DNA of 64,000 nucleotides from Spirochaetota bacterium (lineage in GTDB: Bacteria; Spirochaetota; Spirochaetia; CAKZLE01). The stretch covers positions 46,917-110,916 of the forward strand of contig JBNJDX010000002.1 in NCBI GenBank assembly GCA_051745285.1. Direction: 5' to 3'. This document shows, in pieces, positions 49,301 to 57,508 of the stretch. Positions within the stretch are counted from its first letter, which is position 1; every line of letters starts with the position of its first letter. The notes under the pieces are model-generated. The model saw nothing but the letters and a program-made list of their open reading frames with translations. It was not told the DNA's origin and did no database searches. A program made the position numbers and the translations under genes.

Positions 49301-49442
49301 TCCAGATGGCAATAAATATCATGTAGAGTTGAAACGACCAGTAGAACCGTTCTTTGTTATACTGAAGGAAACCAAATACAACAAAAAACACGTACAGAAG
49401 GAAGGAAATTGCTGGTATTATCGTCGAGATATCAATGATCAT
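46293..49442 (-). CDS. sensor histidine kinase with N-terminal polytopic (about 7TM) domain, GAF/PAS-like sensor region, HisKA-HATPase core and C-terminal GNAT-like acetyltransferase domain
   Basis: 1049 aa single ORF. H-box (AGIAHELNNPLAGISG). HATPase N/G boxes (LFLNLIVNAFQAM; DTGCGIE; GTGLGLS). C-terminal ~200 aa with GNAT-like pattern (ILRLAVLPEMRH...IRLYKKFGFVEVG). Confidence 0.75.
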   Translation of the reverse strand: MIIDISTIIPAISFLLYVFFVVFGFLQYNKERFYWSFQLYMIFIAIWSFGSMMMHLNSSVATPLMWNKVMLVGLLVAPFGLVHFITDIMEYYKRSFRIFIYASYLFVIPLMVLNFSGTIVTDAGFTATGEFYYQLGRGAVVAYSISYIYLMLTLMILLFGKKYKTVEKYRKSVKLPLIGVVIMLIGILINLYPPLGRYPIDIFSATLNALLLFYSIYKYKVISYSRLALRIIYSTILAIVASAFYYLIIAVIQLFKHDFAPYNVGQLAVVLGIATVLVLHPLRNLIMYFIDNVIIPKRHPYQATIKNLSQRLTTIVDLNELGDEVVKNLSSGLKTAWVAFAVRKIDDFDNFILVAHRDCPTEVQPGEVIEFEFPSYVAAKLRRLRDENVSSILSVKPEEKRFSVSEQLPEADVIIPLVFRKRIAGYIFLAFDYTKALITEIELDALEILAAQCSLSLKNALSFEQLRLQGNELTMSKNKLEAIFNGIASPVCLIDVDYTIVEANSAAVTFFGSKKKELIGNKCYRAFFGRRRPCTFCRSLDCIHTGVMQEAEAEIQDKVLAFQFHAVRVIENSKSVFIEIINDITEQKNLQEELVRTEKMAGIGTLAAGIAHELNNPLAGISGTAEILLGEVEDSEQREYLDDILSYSQSAADVIKELSVYSRREVKNVEPVDIVRVLEFSLRLATRGIDAKNITVKRNYHALPLIDATESELQQLFLNLIVNAFQAMEGRGTLTLACMERDGFVHVIISDTGCGIEQKHLNQIFTPFFTTKEPGTGTGLGLSNCYSIVAKMSGRIRVKSETKTGSEFSVIFPVSEEGKNAISFSLVEDSAALSDVFYIQRKVLVGEKGYLEETIHREVDERATHILAYKGIQPVGTVSLMTSDKFWPMPISRHFDIERIINSGKCSEILRLAVLPEMRHTVVSIGLIVLVFLMARYQKVEDVIIDVFSDDVKTIRLYKKFGFVEVGTYYSPGAVTVLVLQSKTPMEKDQSQLRNFVKPLFERLKPLFDFGEHTQGVLDEMEKIVNTNPDEVLQEEQLSNKIASRTGRE

Positions 49443-49500
49443 GAAAAATCCTTTTTTTACTTTCCATCAGCTGCAGTCCGTACTATTATATAAACAAATC

Positions 49501-50034
49501 ATGGAATTAATCAAACTGTTTTTTCTCGGAGCTCTCGGATATCTCTTGAGCGGCTTCTACGATATGGCGAAAATGCACCTCTGGTCTCCTCTCAAGCACA
49601 TACTTTTCATCGGCTACCCACTGACTGCACTTCCCTACGGGGTGCTGCTGAGGATACAGACATCTCCACATGCCCCGGCAGTCCAGCTGGTGCTTGGTGT
49701 ATGTTTTGCAGTTTTTATCATTTTACTCATCTATTCGGTCTTTCTCGAGCCACTCAAAGGAAGAGCCGGACACACCTACAGAAGTGGAACGTACAGTTTC
49801 TCTCGACATCCGGGATTTATTTGGTATACTTGTATCAACATTATTGCCGTAATATACTTTTGGGACGCTTTGACTGCTTTGCTGTGTTTCGGACTTGTAG
49901 GATGCAATCTCATGCTCATCGGCATTGAGGACCGTTATCTGTTTCCGCGAATATTTCCGGACTATCCTGCATATAAACAAACTACAGCATTTCTGATATC
50001 ATGTCCAAAACATCGCATAGTGAAAAAAAGGTAA
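49501..50034 (+). CDS. membrane methyltransferase-like protein, isoprenylcysteine carboxyl methyltransferase (ICMT)/phospholipid methyltransferase family
   Basis: Multi-TM protein with ICMT-like SRHPGFIWY motif. The listed ORF from ATG 49435 overlaps the divergent kinase start by 8 nt; ATG 49501 (MELIKLFF) chosen, which start is used remains uncertain. Confidence 0.45.
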   Translation: MELIKLFFLGALGYLLSGFYDMAKMHLWSPLKHILFIGYPLTALPYGVLLRIQTSPHAPAVQLVLGVCFAVFIILLIYSVFLEPLKGRAGHTYRSGTYSFSRHPGFIWYTCINIIAVIYFWDALTALLCFGLVGCNLMLIGIEDRYLFPRIFPDYPAYKQTTAFLISCPKHRIVKKR

Positions 50035-50045
50035 AGGGTTTCGTA

Positions 50046-51071
50046 ATGCACAAACATATTGTAACTACAGACGATGATCCAGCAATACGAAAGATTGTGA
50101 AGGTGCTTCTATCCAAGGAAGGGTACGAGGTCACTACCTGCAAGAATGGCAACGAGCTGGCTGCTACATTGCAGGAACGGAAGAACTCCGTCAACCTGGT
50201 CCTGCTCGACATCAAAATGCCTGGTCCCTCAGGTTTTGACATGCTGACGATGATGCAGGAGCAGTACCCTCATATCCCCATTATTATGCTCACCGCTTTC
50301 AGTGATCTGGATACGGGCATGAAGGCAATCCGTCAAGGGGCAGCCGATTATCTGGCAAAACCGGTGCGTAAGAGTGATCTGCTCTCCTGTGTTGACCGCG
50401 TTATCAGCAATTCCCAGCAGAGCCAGGAAGAGGCCGCAATCCAGACAGAGTACATCGCCTACCAGAAGGAGCTTGAACAAAAGCTTCATGATGCCTACAC
50501 ATCCCTGAAAAAGACAACGCTAGCCACACTGGAGGCCTTCTCTGAGACGATTGAACAAAAGGATACCTACACCAAAGGTCACTGCAATCGGGTCAGAAGC
50601 ATCGCGGTCCAGATGGGAAAAAAGCTCCACCTGTCTCATGAGCAGCTTATGATTCTGGAAGGGGGTTCCATCCTTCACGACATAGGGAAAATCGGGATCC
50701 CCGAACGCATTCTGAATAAACCGGATGCTCTGACAGCGCAGGAATTTGACATTATCAGGATGCACCCTATCGCTGGGGAACGTATTATCAATCACATAGA
50801 GTTATTCCGTTCCTACCAGCCAATCATTAGAAGCCACCACGAGCGAATCGATGGTACAGGGTATCCGGATGGGCTGATGGGTGAGAAAATACCTTTAGTT
50901 GTTCGCATAGTCACCCTTGCCGACTCTTTTGACGCCATGACAACCAGCCGTGCCTACCGTTCTGCCCTGCCGACTGAAACGGCCGTTGAAGAGATCCAGC
51001 GCTGCGCGGGAACGCAGTTTGATCCAGACCTTGTTAAGCTGTTCATCGATAACGAGATATACCTTCTGTGA
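50046..51071 (+). CDS. response regulator with HD-GYP domain (RpfG-like putative c-di-GMP phosphodiesterase)
   Basis: REC domain (VTTDDD...LLDIKMPGPSGFDM). HD-GYP domain (ILHDIGKIGIP...HHERIDGTGYPDGL). ATG at 50046. Confidence 0.8.
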   Translation: MHKHIVTTDDDPAIRKIVKVLLSKEGYEVTTCKNGNELAATLQERKNSVNLVLLDIKMPGPSGFDMLTMMQEQYPHIPIIMLTAFSDLDTGMKAIRQGAADYLAKPVRKSDLLSCVDRVISNSQQSQEEAAIQTEYIAYQKELEQKLHDAYTSLKKTTLATLEAFSETIEQKDTYTKGHCNRVRSIAVQMGKKLHLSHEQLMILEGGSILHDIGKIGIPERILNKPDALTAQEFDIIRMHPIAGERIINHIELFRSYQPIIRSHHERIDGTGYPDGLMGEKIPLVVRIVTLADSFDAMTTSRAYRSALPTETAVEEIQRCAGTQFDPDLVKLFIDNEIYLL

Positions 51072-51086
51072 ACCAGACAGATAAAT

Positions 51087-51109
51087 GCCGACTGCGGGGA
51101 ACAGTCGGC
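51087..51109 (+). terminator. putative terminator hairpin between the convergent HD-GYP regulator gene and ygeW
   Basis: GCCGACTG / CAGTCGGC stem with CGGGGAA loop, followed by GGGTTTGGGTT. The T tract is weak. Confidence 0.35.
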
Positions 51110-51143
51110 GGGTTTGGGTTATGGAGGTTTATATAAAACCTAA

Positions 51144-52340
51144 CTATAGAATCCGCTTTTCGGCAGAATCTAGTAGTTCCTGCAATGTAGCTGCCGGATG
51201 CTCAAACTTGCTTAAAAAGATCATGGCAGCGATAACATAGGGCTTGTAGCTAGCTTCTTTATATAACGGAATGCGGTATCTGTCAAATACAGAGGCAGAA
51301 ACCTCTCCCTGCTCACAGCTGACATCGGTGATATCAGCCGGCAGGCAGTGCATATACAGAGCCTTCCCGTCTTTGGTCTTAGCCATCAGCTCTTCGGTAC
51401 ACTCCCAGTCTTTGAATTGTGCATTCTGCTCAAGACAGCGCTTTTCCAGGGCATCCAGCCCATCCCAGTTCTGGTCTTCCACCAGTTGTGTGCGCTCCTC
51501 CATTACCGCATAGGGAGCCCAGCTTTTCGGGTAGACAATGTCAGCCTCTTCGAAGGCCTCATCCATGCTGTTCACACGCTTGAAGCTGCCTCCGCTTTTC
51601 TGGGCGTTGTCAGCAGCAATATCCTCAATGTCACTCATGACATTATACCCCTCCGGATGGGCTAAAACGATGTCCATACCGAAACGGGAAAAGAGGCCGA
51701 TAATTCCCTGCGGCACCGACAACGGTTTCCCATAGGAGGGCGAATAGGCCCAGGTCATGGCAACTTTCTTTCCCTTGAGGTTTTCAACACCGCCGAAATG
51801 GTGAATCACATGCAGCATGTCAGCCATGGATTGTGTGGGATGATCAATATCGCACTGCAGGTTTACCAGAGTCGGGCGCTGTTCGAGAACTCCATCTTCA
51901 TACCCCTCCTGGACTGCCCCGGCAACTTCCTGCATGTATGTATGACCTTTTCCGATATACATATCATCACGAATGCCGATAATATCGGCCATGAAGGAAA
52001 TCATATTGGCAGTTTCGCGCACTGTCTCCCCGTGGGAAATCTGACTCTTTGTCTCATCAAGATCCTGTACTTCAAGGCCCAGCATATTGCAGGCACTCGC
52101 AAAGCTGAAGCGAGTACGAGTTGAGTTATCCCGAAACAACGAAATCCCCAGCCCGCTGTCAAAGACCTTCGGGGAGATGTTCTTCTCCCGCATACCTCTG
52201 AAAATATCTGCAACAGTGAATACTGCAGATAGCTCATCATCGCTCTGTTTCCAGGTGTGAAAGAAGTCATTTGCATACATTTGCTGTGTCTTGAGCTCTT
52301 TCAGCACCTTTATTAATTTCTTTAGTTCATCAGTTTCCAT
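51144..52340 (-). CDS. ygeW: YgeW-type carbamoyltransferase (knotted transcarbamylase family)
   Basis: 398 aa. STRTR carbamoyl-phosphate motif, HCLPA, and extensive similarity to E. coli YgeW as recalled (LVNLQCDIDHPTQSMAD; KGKKVAMTWAYSPSYGKPLSVPQGIIGL; LYMHCLPADI). Confidence 0.85.
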   Translation of the reverse strand: METDELKKLIKVLKELKTQQMYANDFFHTWKQSDDELSAVFTVADIFRGMREKNISPKVFDSGLGISLFRDNSTRTRFSFASACNMLGLEVQDLDETKSQISHGETVRETANMISFMADIIGIRDDMYIGKGHTYMQEVAGAVQEGYEDGVLEQRPTLVNLQCDIDHPTQSMADMLHVIHHFGGVENLKGKKVAMTWAYSPSYGKPLSVPQGIIGLFSRFGMDIVLAHPEGYNVMSDIEDIAADNAQKSGGSFKRVNSMDEAFEEADIVYPKSWAPYAVMEERTQLVEDQNWDGLDALEKRCLEQNAQFKDWECTEELMAKTKDGKALYMHCLPADITDVSCEQGEVSASVFDRYRIPLYKEASYKPYVIAAMIFLSKFEHPAATLQELLDSAEKRIL

Positions 52341-52398
52341 GTGTGTGTACCAATCCTCCTACGTATACTTAGCGTATGCCCTTCCGGCATACTACAGT

Positions 52399-55272
52399 TT
52401 AGATTTTTCCCAGCGCTCTGAGTAGTTTTTCCGGGGTGAAGGGCCAATCGCGCATCCACACCCCTACGGCATCATGAATTGCAATTGAAATAGCGGGGGC
52501 AGCCCCGTTACAGCTTATTTCTGAAACCGATTTACTGCCAAACGGCCCGTACGGGTCATCAGTCGGTATCAGTACAGCCTCAAATGTATCAGGCATCTCA
52601 CTGATCATCGGCACTCCATAGGTTCTCATGGTTGTTGTCAGACAGGTTCCCTGCTGGTCTAGCACCATCTGTTCGCTGAGTGAGTGTCCGATTGTTTTGA
52701 GTACCCCGCCGTATATCTGTCCCAAGGCAAGCTCGGGATTCACCGGTGTTCCGCAGTCTTGCAGGGCAATATACTTTTGTACGCGGATTTCTCCGGTTCT
52801 CTCGTTTACGGCCACCTGACAGAAATGCGCCCCGTAGGGAAACGAGGCATCTTCAGTGGTAAAAGACGCATACCCAGTCAGCTGACCGCTTCCTGTTCCG
52901 GACTGCGTTCTCTGGGCTATCTCGCGGTAGGAGATCTCATTCCCATATGAATCTTTAACGAGTCCCGGATACTCGATGTGCAAATGCTCAACTGGTTCAT
53001 CCAGGAACCCTGAAGCTGCCTGCAGTATCTTCTGTTTTAATTGTTCGGCAGCTTTTTTGGAAGCGCCTCCCGAGAAAAACGTTCCACTTGAGGCGTACGC
53101 TCCCGTATCAAACGGGGTATTATCCGTATCTCCGGAGAGGATGGAAACCCTCTCCATATCCACCTGCAGCACTTCGGCTGCAAATTTGACAGAGACCGTA
53201 TCAAGGCCTGTACCAAGATCAGCTCCTCCGGAGTGCAGCATGAATGAGCCGTCAGAGAGCATTTTCACTTCAGCACACGAGTGATCAAGGCCCGGCAATC
53301 CTGAACCCTGCTGAATGATAGCGACTCCCTTTCCAATTTTCTCATGTGGTATGTCGCTGTGCTCTGTCGTGTCCCATGAAATCTTATGAGCTCCCTGCTG
53401 CAGAGCCGGGCCGAGACCGCAGCTTTTTACTCTGACAGCCGTGCCCTCTCTGCCCTCTCCAAGACACTTGAGAATCTCGAGCAGGGAATCATCTCGAACA
53501 CGGTTGATTTCAAGCAGTTTGACAAGATCCATGTTCATCTGTGCTGCCAACTCGCCCATCGCAGTCATCAAAGCAAAACTTCCTTTTGGTGCCCCATACC
53601 CCTGGTATGCCCCGGTGGGAGGAATATTGGAGTAATAGCTGGTTACCTGAAACTGCATGTGCTCACACATGAGCAGGGGCAGTGACTTCGAGCAGGCATT
53701 CATCGGTACAGTAAGACAGTGGCTGCCGTACGGACCGGTATTCGCCTTCACGTCCATGCTGACAGCCGTGAGCTTCCCCGTCTTGTCGCAGCCAAGCTTT
53801 ACGCCGATTTTCATGGGAAGACGGGTGCTGTTGGCAGTAAACTCTTCAGCCCGGCTGAATCTGTACAGGACCGGTGTTCCTGTGATGCTAGCAGCGTATG
53901 CGGTCACATCTTCAAGCAAGATGTCCTGTTTTGAGCCGTATCCGCCACCCACACGTTCCTTAATAACCTGAATCATGTTTTCACTGATTCCAAGGGCTGT
54001 AGCCACAATACGCCGCAGGTGCCAGGGAACTTGTGTTGAGGCATGCAGTATCAGCCGGTCGCCGTCAAACTTTGCATAGGAGATATGGGTCTCCAACGGG
54101 GTGCACTGTACTTGCGAGGTCTCATATGTACGTTCGATTACCGTGTCAGCAGCTGCAAAACCGGTCTGCACATCACCAATCGACCCCGATGCAGCAGCGG
54201 CTATATTATGCCTGATATCCCCATGAATGGGGAACTGGTAGACCACTTTGCCGTCCCTGGGATCAGCTGACTCATTATACCCGTCGAGATCTTCAGGAGC
54301 TCCGGATACATATTCAACGAGCCCGTTGTGTACGAGCGGAGAGTCAGGCTGCATGGCCTGGTCAATTGAAAAAATCGGTTGGAGCACCTCGTAGTCGACT
54401 TCTATCCTGTTGAGCGCCTCAGCAGCGATCTCATCGCTCTCAGCGACTACTGCGGCCACCCGGTCGCCTACATGCCGTACTTTTTTGTTGAACATGCGGC
54501 GGTCGTAGGGAGACGGTTCAGGGAATCCCTGTCCTGCCGTTCCATAATAGACATCGGGACAGTTTTTATGGGTGATAACTGCCAGCACACCAGGCAGCTG
54601 TTCAGCCTGAGAGGTGTCAATGCGGCTGATATAGGCATGGGCATGCGGACTCCGGAGCATACGAAGCACACTGGTTCCAGGTTCGACCATATCCTCAACA
54701 AAGGACTTCCATCCGGCTACCAGTTTTTTCCCGTCTATTTTCTGACGAACCTTGCCAACCTGCCGGAGGTCATCGCGGAATTCGGGAGCTATCTCCTCAG
54801 TATAATCAGGATTCGCCAACCGTTGTTCAGCTATTCTGACCGCTTGGAAAAACTGTTTGTATCCGGTCGCCCGGTTAAAGAGCCCCGAGAGTGCATCTGA
54901 AATCTGTTCAGTGCTGGGATGAGCATGCTCTTCTAGCAAACTGGTCAGCAGTAATGCCGCAGCGGGCGCATTGTACCCCGACTGCACCACACCGGCATCA
55001 ACCATGGCTTGCTGAACCACGGACAGGTGACGCCCGTTCACCAGCGATTCGGCTGTTGTGATCTGTTTTCCCTCTATCTGAAAAGGCCGCAGCAACGAGG
55101 CATATTGAGGCACATCATCAACAAGGATCGTATCACTACCGCAGAATCCTTCTCCGTCGTCGCTGTTTCGTACGGTAATGTACCCCAAACGTGAAAGTAC
55201 CTGCTGTACAGATTCACTCGGGTTTGCTTCAAAACTCCGCTCTTTTCCGTTTATCCTACACGCAACGTTCAC
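52399..55272 (-). CDS. xdhD: XdhD-like fused molybdenum hydroxylase: degenerate 2Fe-2S-like N-domain plus molybdopterin-binding aldehyde oxidase/xanthine dehydrogenase domains
   Basis: 957 aa, comparable to the 956 aa recalled for E. coli XdhD. Large MoCo-binding a/b hammerhead and Ald_Xan_dh_C2 domains. GTG start at 55272 with AAGGAGGT RBS; overlaps the ygfM stop. Confidence 0.8.
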   Translation of the reverse strand: MNVACRINGKERSFEANPSESVQQVLSRLGYITVRNSDDGEGFCGSDTILVDDVPQYASLLRPFQIEGKQITTAESLVNGRHLSVVQQAMVDAGVVQSGYNAPAAALLLTSLLEEHAHPSTEQISDALSGLFNRATGYKQFFQAVRIAEQRLANPDYTEEIAPEFRDDLRQVGKVRQKIDGKKLVAGWKSFVEDMVEPGTSVLRMLRSPHAHAYISRIDTSQAEQLPGVLAVITHKNCPDVYYGTAGQGFPEPSPYDRRMFNKKVRHVGDRVAAVVAESDEIAAEALNRIEVDYEVLQPIFSIDQAMQPDSPLVHNGLVEYVSGAPEDLDGYNESADPRDGKVVYQFPIHGDIRHNIAAAASGSIGDVQTGFAAADTVIERTYETSQVQCTPLETHISYAKFDGDRLILHASTQVPWHLRRIVATALGISENMIQVIKERVGGGYGSKQDILLEDVTAYAASITGTPVLYRFSRAEEFTANSTRLPMKIGVKLGCDKTGKLTAVSMDVKANTGPYGSHCLTVPMNACSKSLPLLMCEHMQFQVTSYYSNIPPTGAYQGYGAPKGSFALMTAMGELAAQMNMDLVKLLEINRVRDDSLLEILKCLGEGREGTAVRVKSCGLGPALQQGAHKISWDTTEHSDIPHEKIGKGVAIIQQGSGLPGLDHSCAEVKMLSDGSFMLHSGGADLGTGLDTVSVKFAAEVLQVDMERVSILSGDTDNTPFDTGAYASSGTFFSGGASKKAAEQLKQKILQAASGFLDEPVEHLHIEYPGLVKDSYGNEISYREIAQRTQSGTGSGQLTGYASFTTEDASFPYGAHFCQVAVNERTGEIRVQKYIALQDCGTPVNPELALGQIYGGVLKTIGHSLSEQMVLDQQGTCLTTTMRTYGVPMISEMPDTFEAVLIPTDDPYGPFGSKSVSEISCNGAAPAISIAIHDAVGVWMRDWPFTPEKLLRALGKI

Positions 55273-56126
55273 TGCAACTGACCTCCTTCAAGGTGCTTCC
55301 TGCAAGCAGAAGCCATATCAGCAATCGTTACTGCTGCTAGATACTGCTGGTACTCGGCACTGGCAAAAGGAGAACCAGCCGTATGCACTTCTCGGCGTAC
55401 TGCTTCTTCGAGCTTCTCATTCGAGATCTGGGGTTCCAGCTCAAACAGCTTATCGACACTCTTCAGCCGCTGGATGCCGATGCCCAGACCGGCTGCTGCA
55501 GTGCGCACGTCGGAGAGGCGCCCTTCGCTGCAAAGAGCTCCAAAGGCCACTATGATATCGGGCACGCCCTGGCGGGTTCGGCTGTATCGCTTCGCATACA
55601 CGTAGCGCTCCGGCTTATTGAGCACAATTTTAGTAACTACACTCATGCGAAAGGCATCAATGTTATCAACATACTCGCGTAACGGCATATCTTCGGTATC
55701 TATGGCACCCCTGTCATCAAGTTCTGCTGTGACTATGCGGGCCTTGGCTGCAATCAGGGTGGGAAGGAGGTAGGAATCATCGCGGAAAGCGGCAATGTTG
55801 CCGCCGAGGGTTGCCATGTTGCGCAAGGTTCGTGAAGCTGCAAACAAAGCTGCCTCTTTCATGAACTCAGGAACATCCGTATGATCTATCAACTGCTGAA
55901 GGGTGACCATGGCACCGATGGTGACACTGTTACCCTTCTTCTCAATGGTATCAAGGCCAAGCCCTTCAAGACTCAGACAGACAGCAGAGTTCTCTGCCCT
56001 CACGCTGCTTCCTGCCTGCCGGTGGATCTCAGTCCCGCCTGAGAGCAGCAGAAACTCACTCTCAGACTCTTTGACAGCAGTCAGGAGTTCCTTCAGGGTG
56101 GCAAACCGACGATATTCCTCTATCAT
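55269..56126 (-). CDS. ygfM: FAD-binding subunit of molybdenum hydroxylase (CoxM/YgfM-like)
   Basis: 285 aa. FAD-binding PCMH-type domain (LLSGGTEIHR; ATLGGNIAA) plus CO-dehydrogenase flavoprotein C-domain. Position between the ssnA-like gene and xdhD as in E. coli. Confidence 0.75.
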   Translation of the reverse strand: MIEEYRRFATLKELLTAVKESESEFLLLSGGTEIHRQAGSSVRAENSAVCLSLEGLGLDTIEKKGNSVTIGAMVTLQQLIDHTDVPEFMKEAALFAASRTLRNMATLGGNIAAFRDDSYLLPTLIAAKARIVTAELDDRGAIDTEDMPLREYVDNIDAFRMSVVTKIVLNKPERYVYAKRYSRTRQGVPDIIVAFGALCSEGRLSDVRTAAAGLGIGIQRLKSVDKLFELEPQISNEKLEEAVRREVHTAGSPFASAEYQQYLAAVTIADMASACRKHLEGGQLQ

Positions 56127-56143
56127 ACGACCTCCTGCCGGAA

Positions 56144-57508
56144 TCAGTTTTTATCAAGCAGTCCCATGGCAATCTCATTTGCGCGGGTAGCAAGCCTGCT
56201 TTCATCAAAACCGACTAGGGCTCCGTTATCAACTACAACCTTTCCATTAACGATTGTATACCGGGTTCCATGGTTATAACCGGAAAAAATCAGGGCAGCC
56301 AGAGGATCTGAGAGCGCTCCGGCATACTCGAATGTATCGATGCCAAACAGGGCCGCATCGGCTGCATACCCCTCTTCCAACCGGCCGATACCATCAAAAT
56401 GGAGCAGTTTGGCTCCACCTTCGGTAGCCATTGCAAAGACCTCTTTCGCAGTGATGGCTGAACTGCCATACTTGACTCGCTGCAGTAACAGCGTATTGCG
56501 CATTTCTCCCAGGAAATCGGAGGAGTCATTAGACGCTGAACCGTCAACACCGATAGCGACGTTTATCCCCATCGGGAGCATCTCATGCACTCGGCAAATA
56601 CCTGATCCCAGACGCATATTCGAAGATGGACAATGAGCAATATGAGTGCCGGTTGCAGCCAGTTGGGAGAGCTCACTGTCGTCAAAGTGAATTCCGTGGG
56701 CGTAAAAGACATCCTCCCCGATAAAGTCACACTCTTCCATCAGTGCCAGGGGACGCTTCCCGTACATCTGTACACAGAATTCGTTCTCATCAAATGTCTC
56801 GGCCAGATGGGTATGAAGAGCTACACCCTGCTCTCGAGCCAGGGAAACTGACTCCTTCATCAGCTCCTTGGTTACGCTGAAGGGGCTGCAGGGCGCTAGT
56901 ACTATTTTCCGCATCGCATGGCTGGAGGGATCATGAAACTGCTCAATCACCCGCTGACTGTCTTTGAGAATCTGATCGTGGTCCTGTACCACTGAATCCG
57001 GGGGCAGGCCCCCGTCCTTCTTGCTTAGGGACATAGATCCCCGGGTTGGGCTGAAGCGCATTCCGAGGGTATCAGCTGCCGAAAACTGCAGTTCCATGAT
57101 ATCTGCAGAAAAATTGTTGGGGTAGAGATAGTGATGATCAGTTGTGGTAGTACAACCTGTTTTGAGCAATTCTCCCATTGCCAACATCGATGAATAGCGC
57201 ACGGCATCTTCATCAATATGCTTCCATATCTCATACAGATAGACCAGCCAGTCGAACAGTTTGGCATTCTGCACAGCCGGTATGTTTCGCGTCAGTGTCT
57301 GATAAAAGTGATGGTGGGTATTCACAAAGCCAGGGACAACCACGAGAGAGGAGCAGTCGATCACTCGGGAGCCCTCCGGGGGAACGAGGGAAGAGGCAAT
57401 CTGTTTCACTATGCCATCTTCAATGAGCATATCTGCTCCCCGCAACGGCTCATTATCAACAGCTGTGAGCAAATAGTAGATATCCTTGAGTACAATGGTG
57501 TTCGTCAT
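56144..57508 (-). CDS. amidohydrolase, SsnA/guanine deaminase/chlorohydrolase family (COG0402)
   Basis: 454 aa. Metal-binding GFVNTHHHFYQT. Amidohydrolase_1 fold. RBS AAAAGGAG. Confidence 0.75.
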   Translation of the reverse strand: MTNTIVLKDIYYLLTAVDNEPLRGADMLIEDGIVKQIASSLVPPEGSRVIDCSSLVVVPGFVNTHHHFYQTLTRNIPAVQNAKLFDWLVYLYEIWKHIDEDAVRYSSMLAMGELLKTGCTTTTDHHYLYPNNFSADIMELQFSAADTLGMRFSPTRGSMSLSKKDGGLPPDSVVQDHDQILKDSQRVIEQFHDPSSHAMRKIVLAPCSPFSVTKELMKESVSLAREQGVALHTHLAETFDENEFCVQMYGKRPLALMEECDFIGEDVFYAHGIHFDDSELSQLAATGTHIAHCPSSNMRLGSGICRVHEMLPMGINVAIGVDGSASNDSSDFLGEMRNTLLLQRVKYGSSAITAKEVFAMATEGGAKLLHFDGIGRLEEGYAADAALFGIDTFEYAGALSDPLAALIFSGYNHGTRYTIVNGKVVVDNGALVGFDESRLATRANEIAMGLLDKN

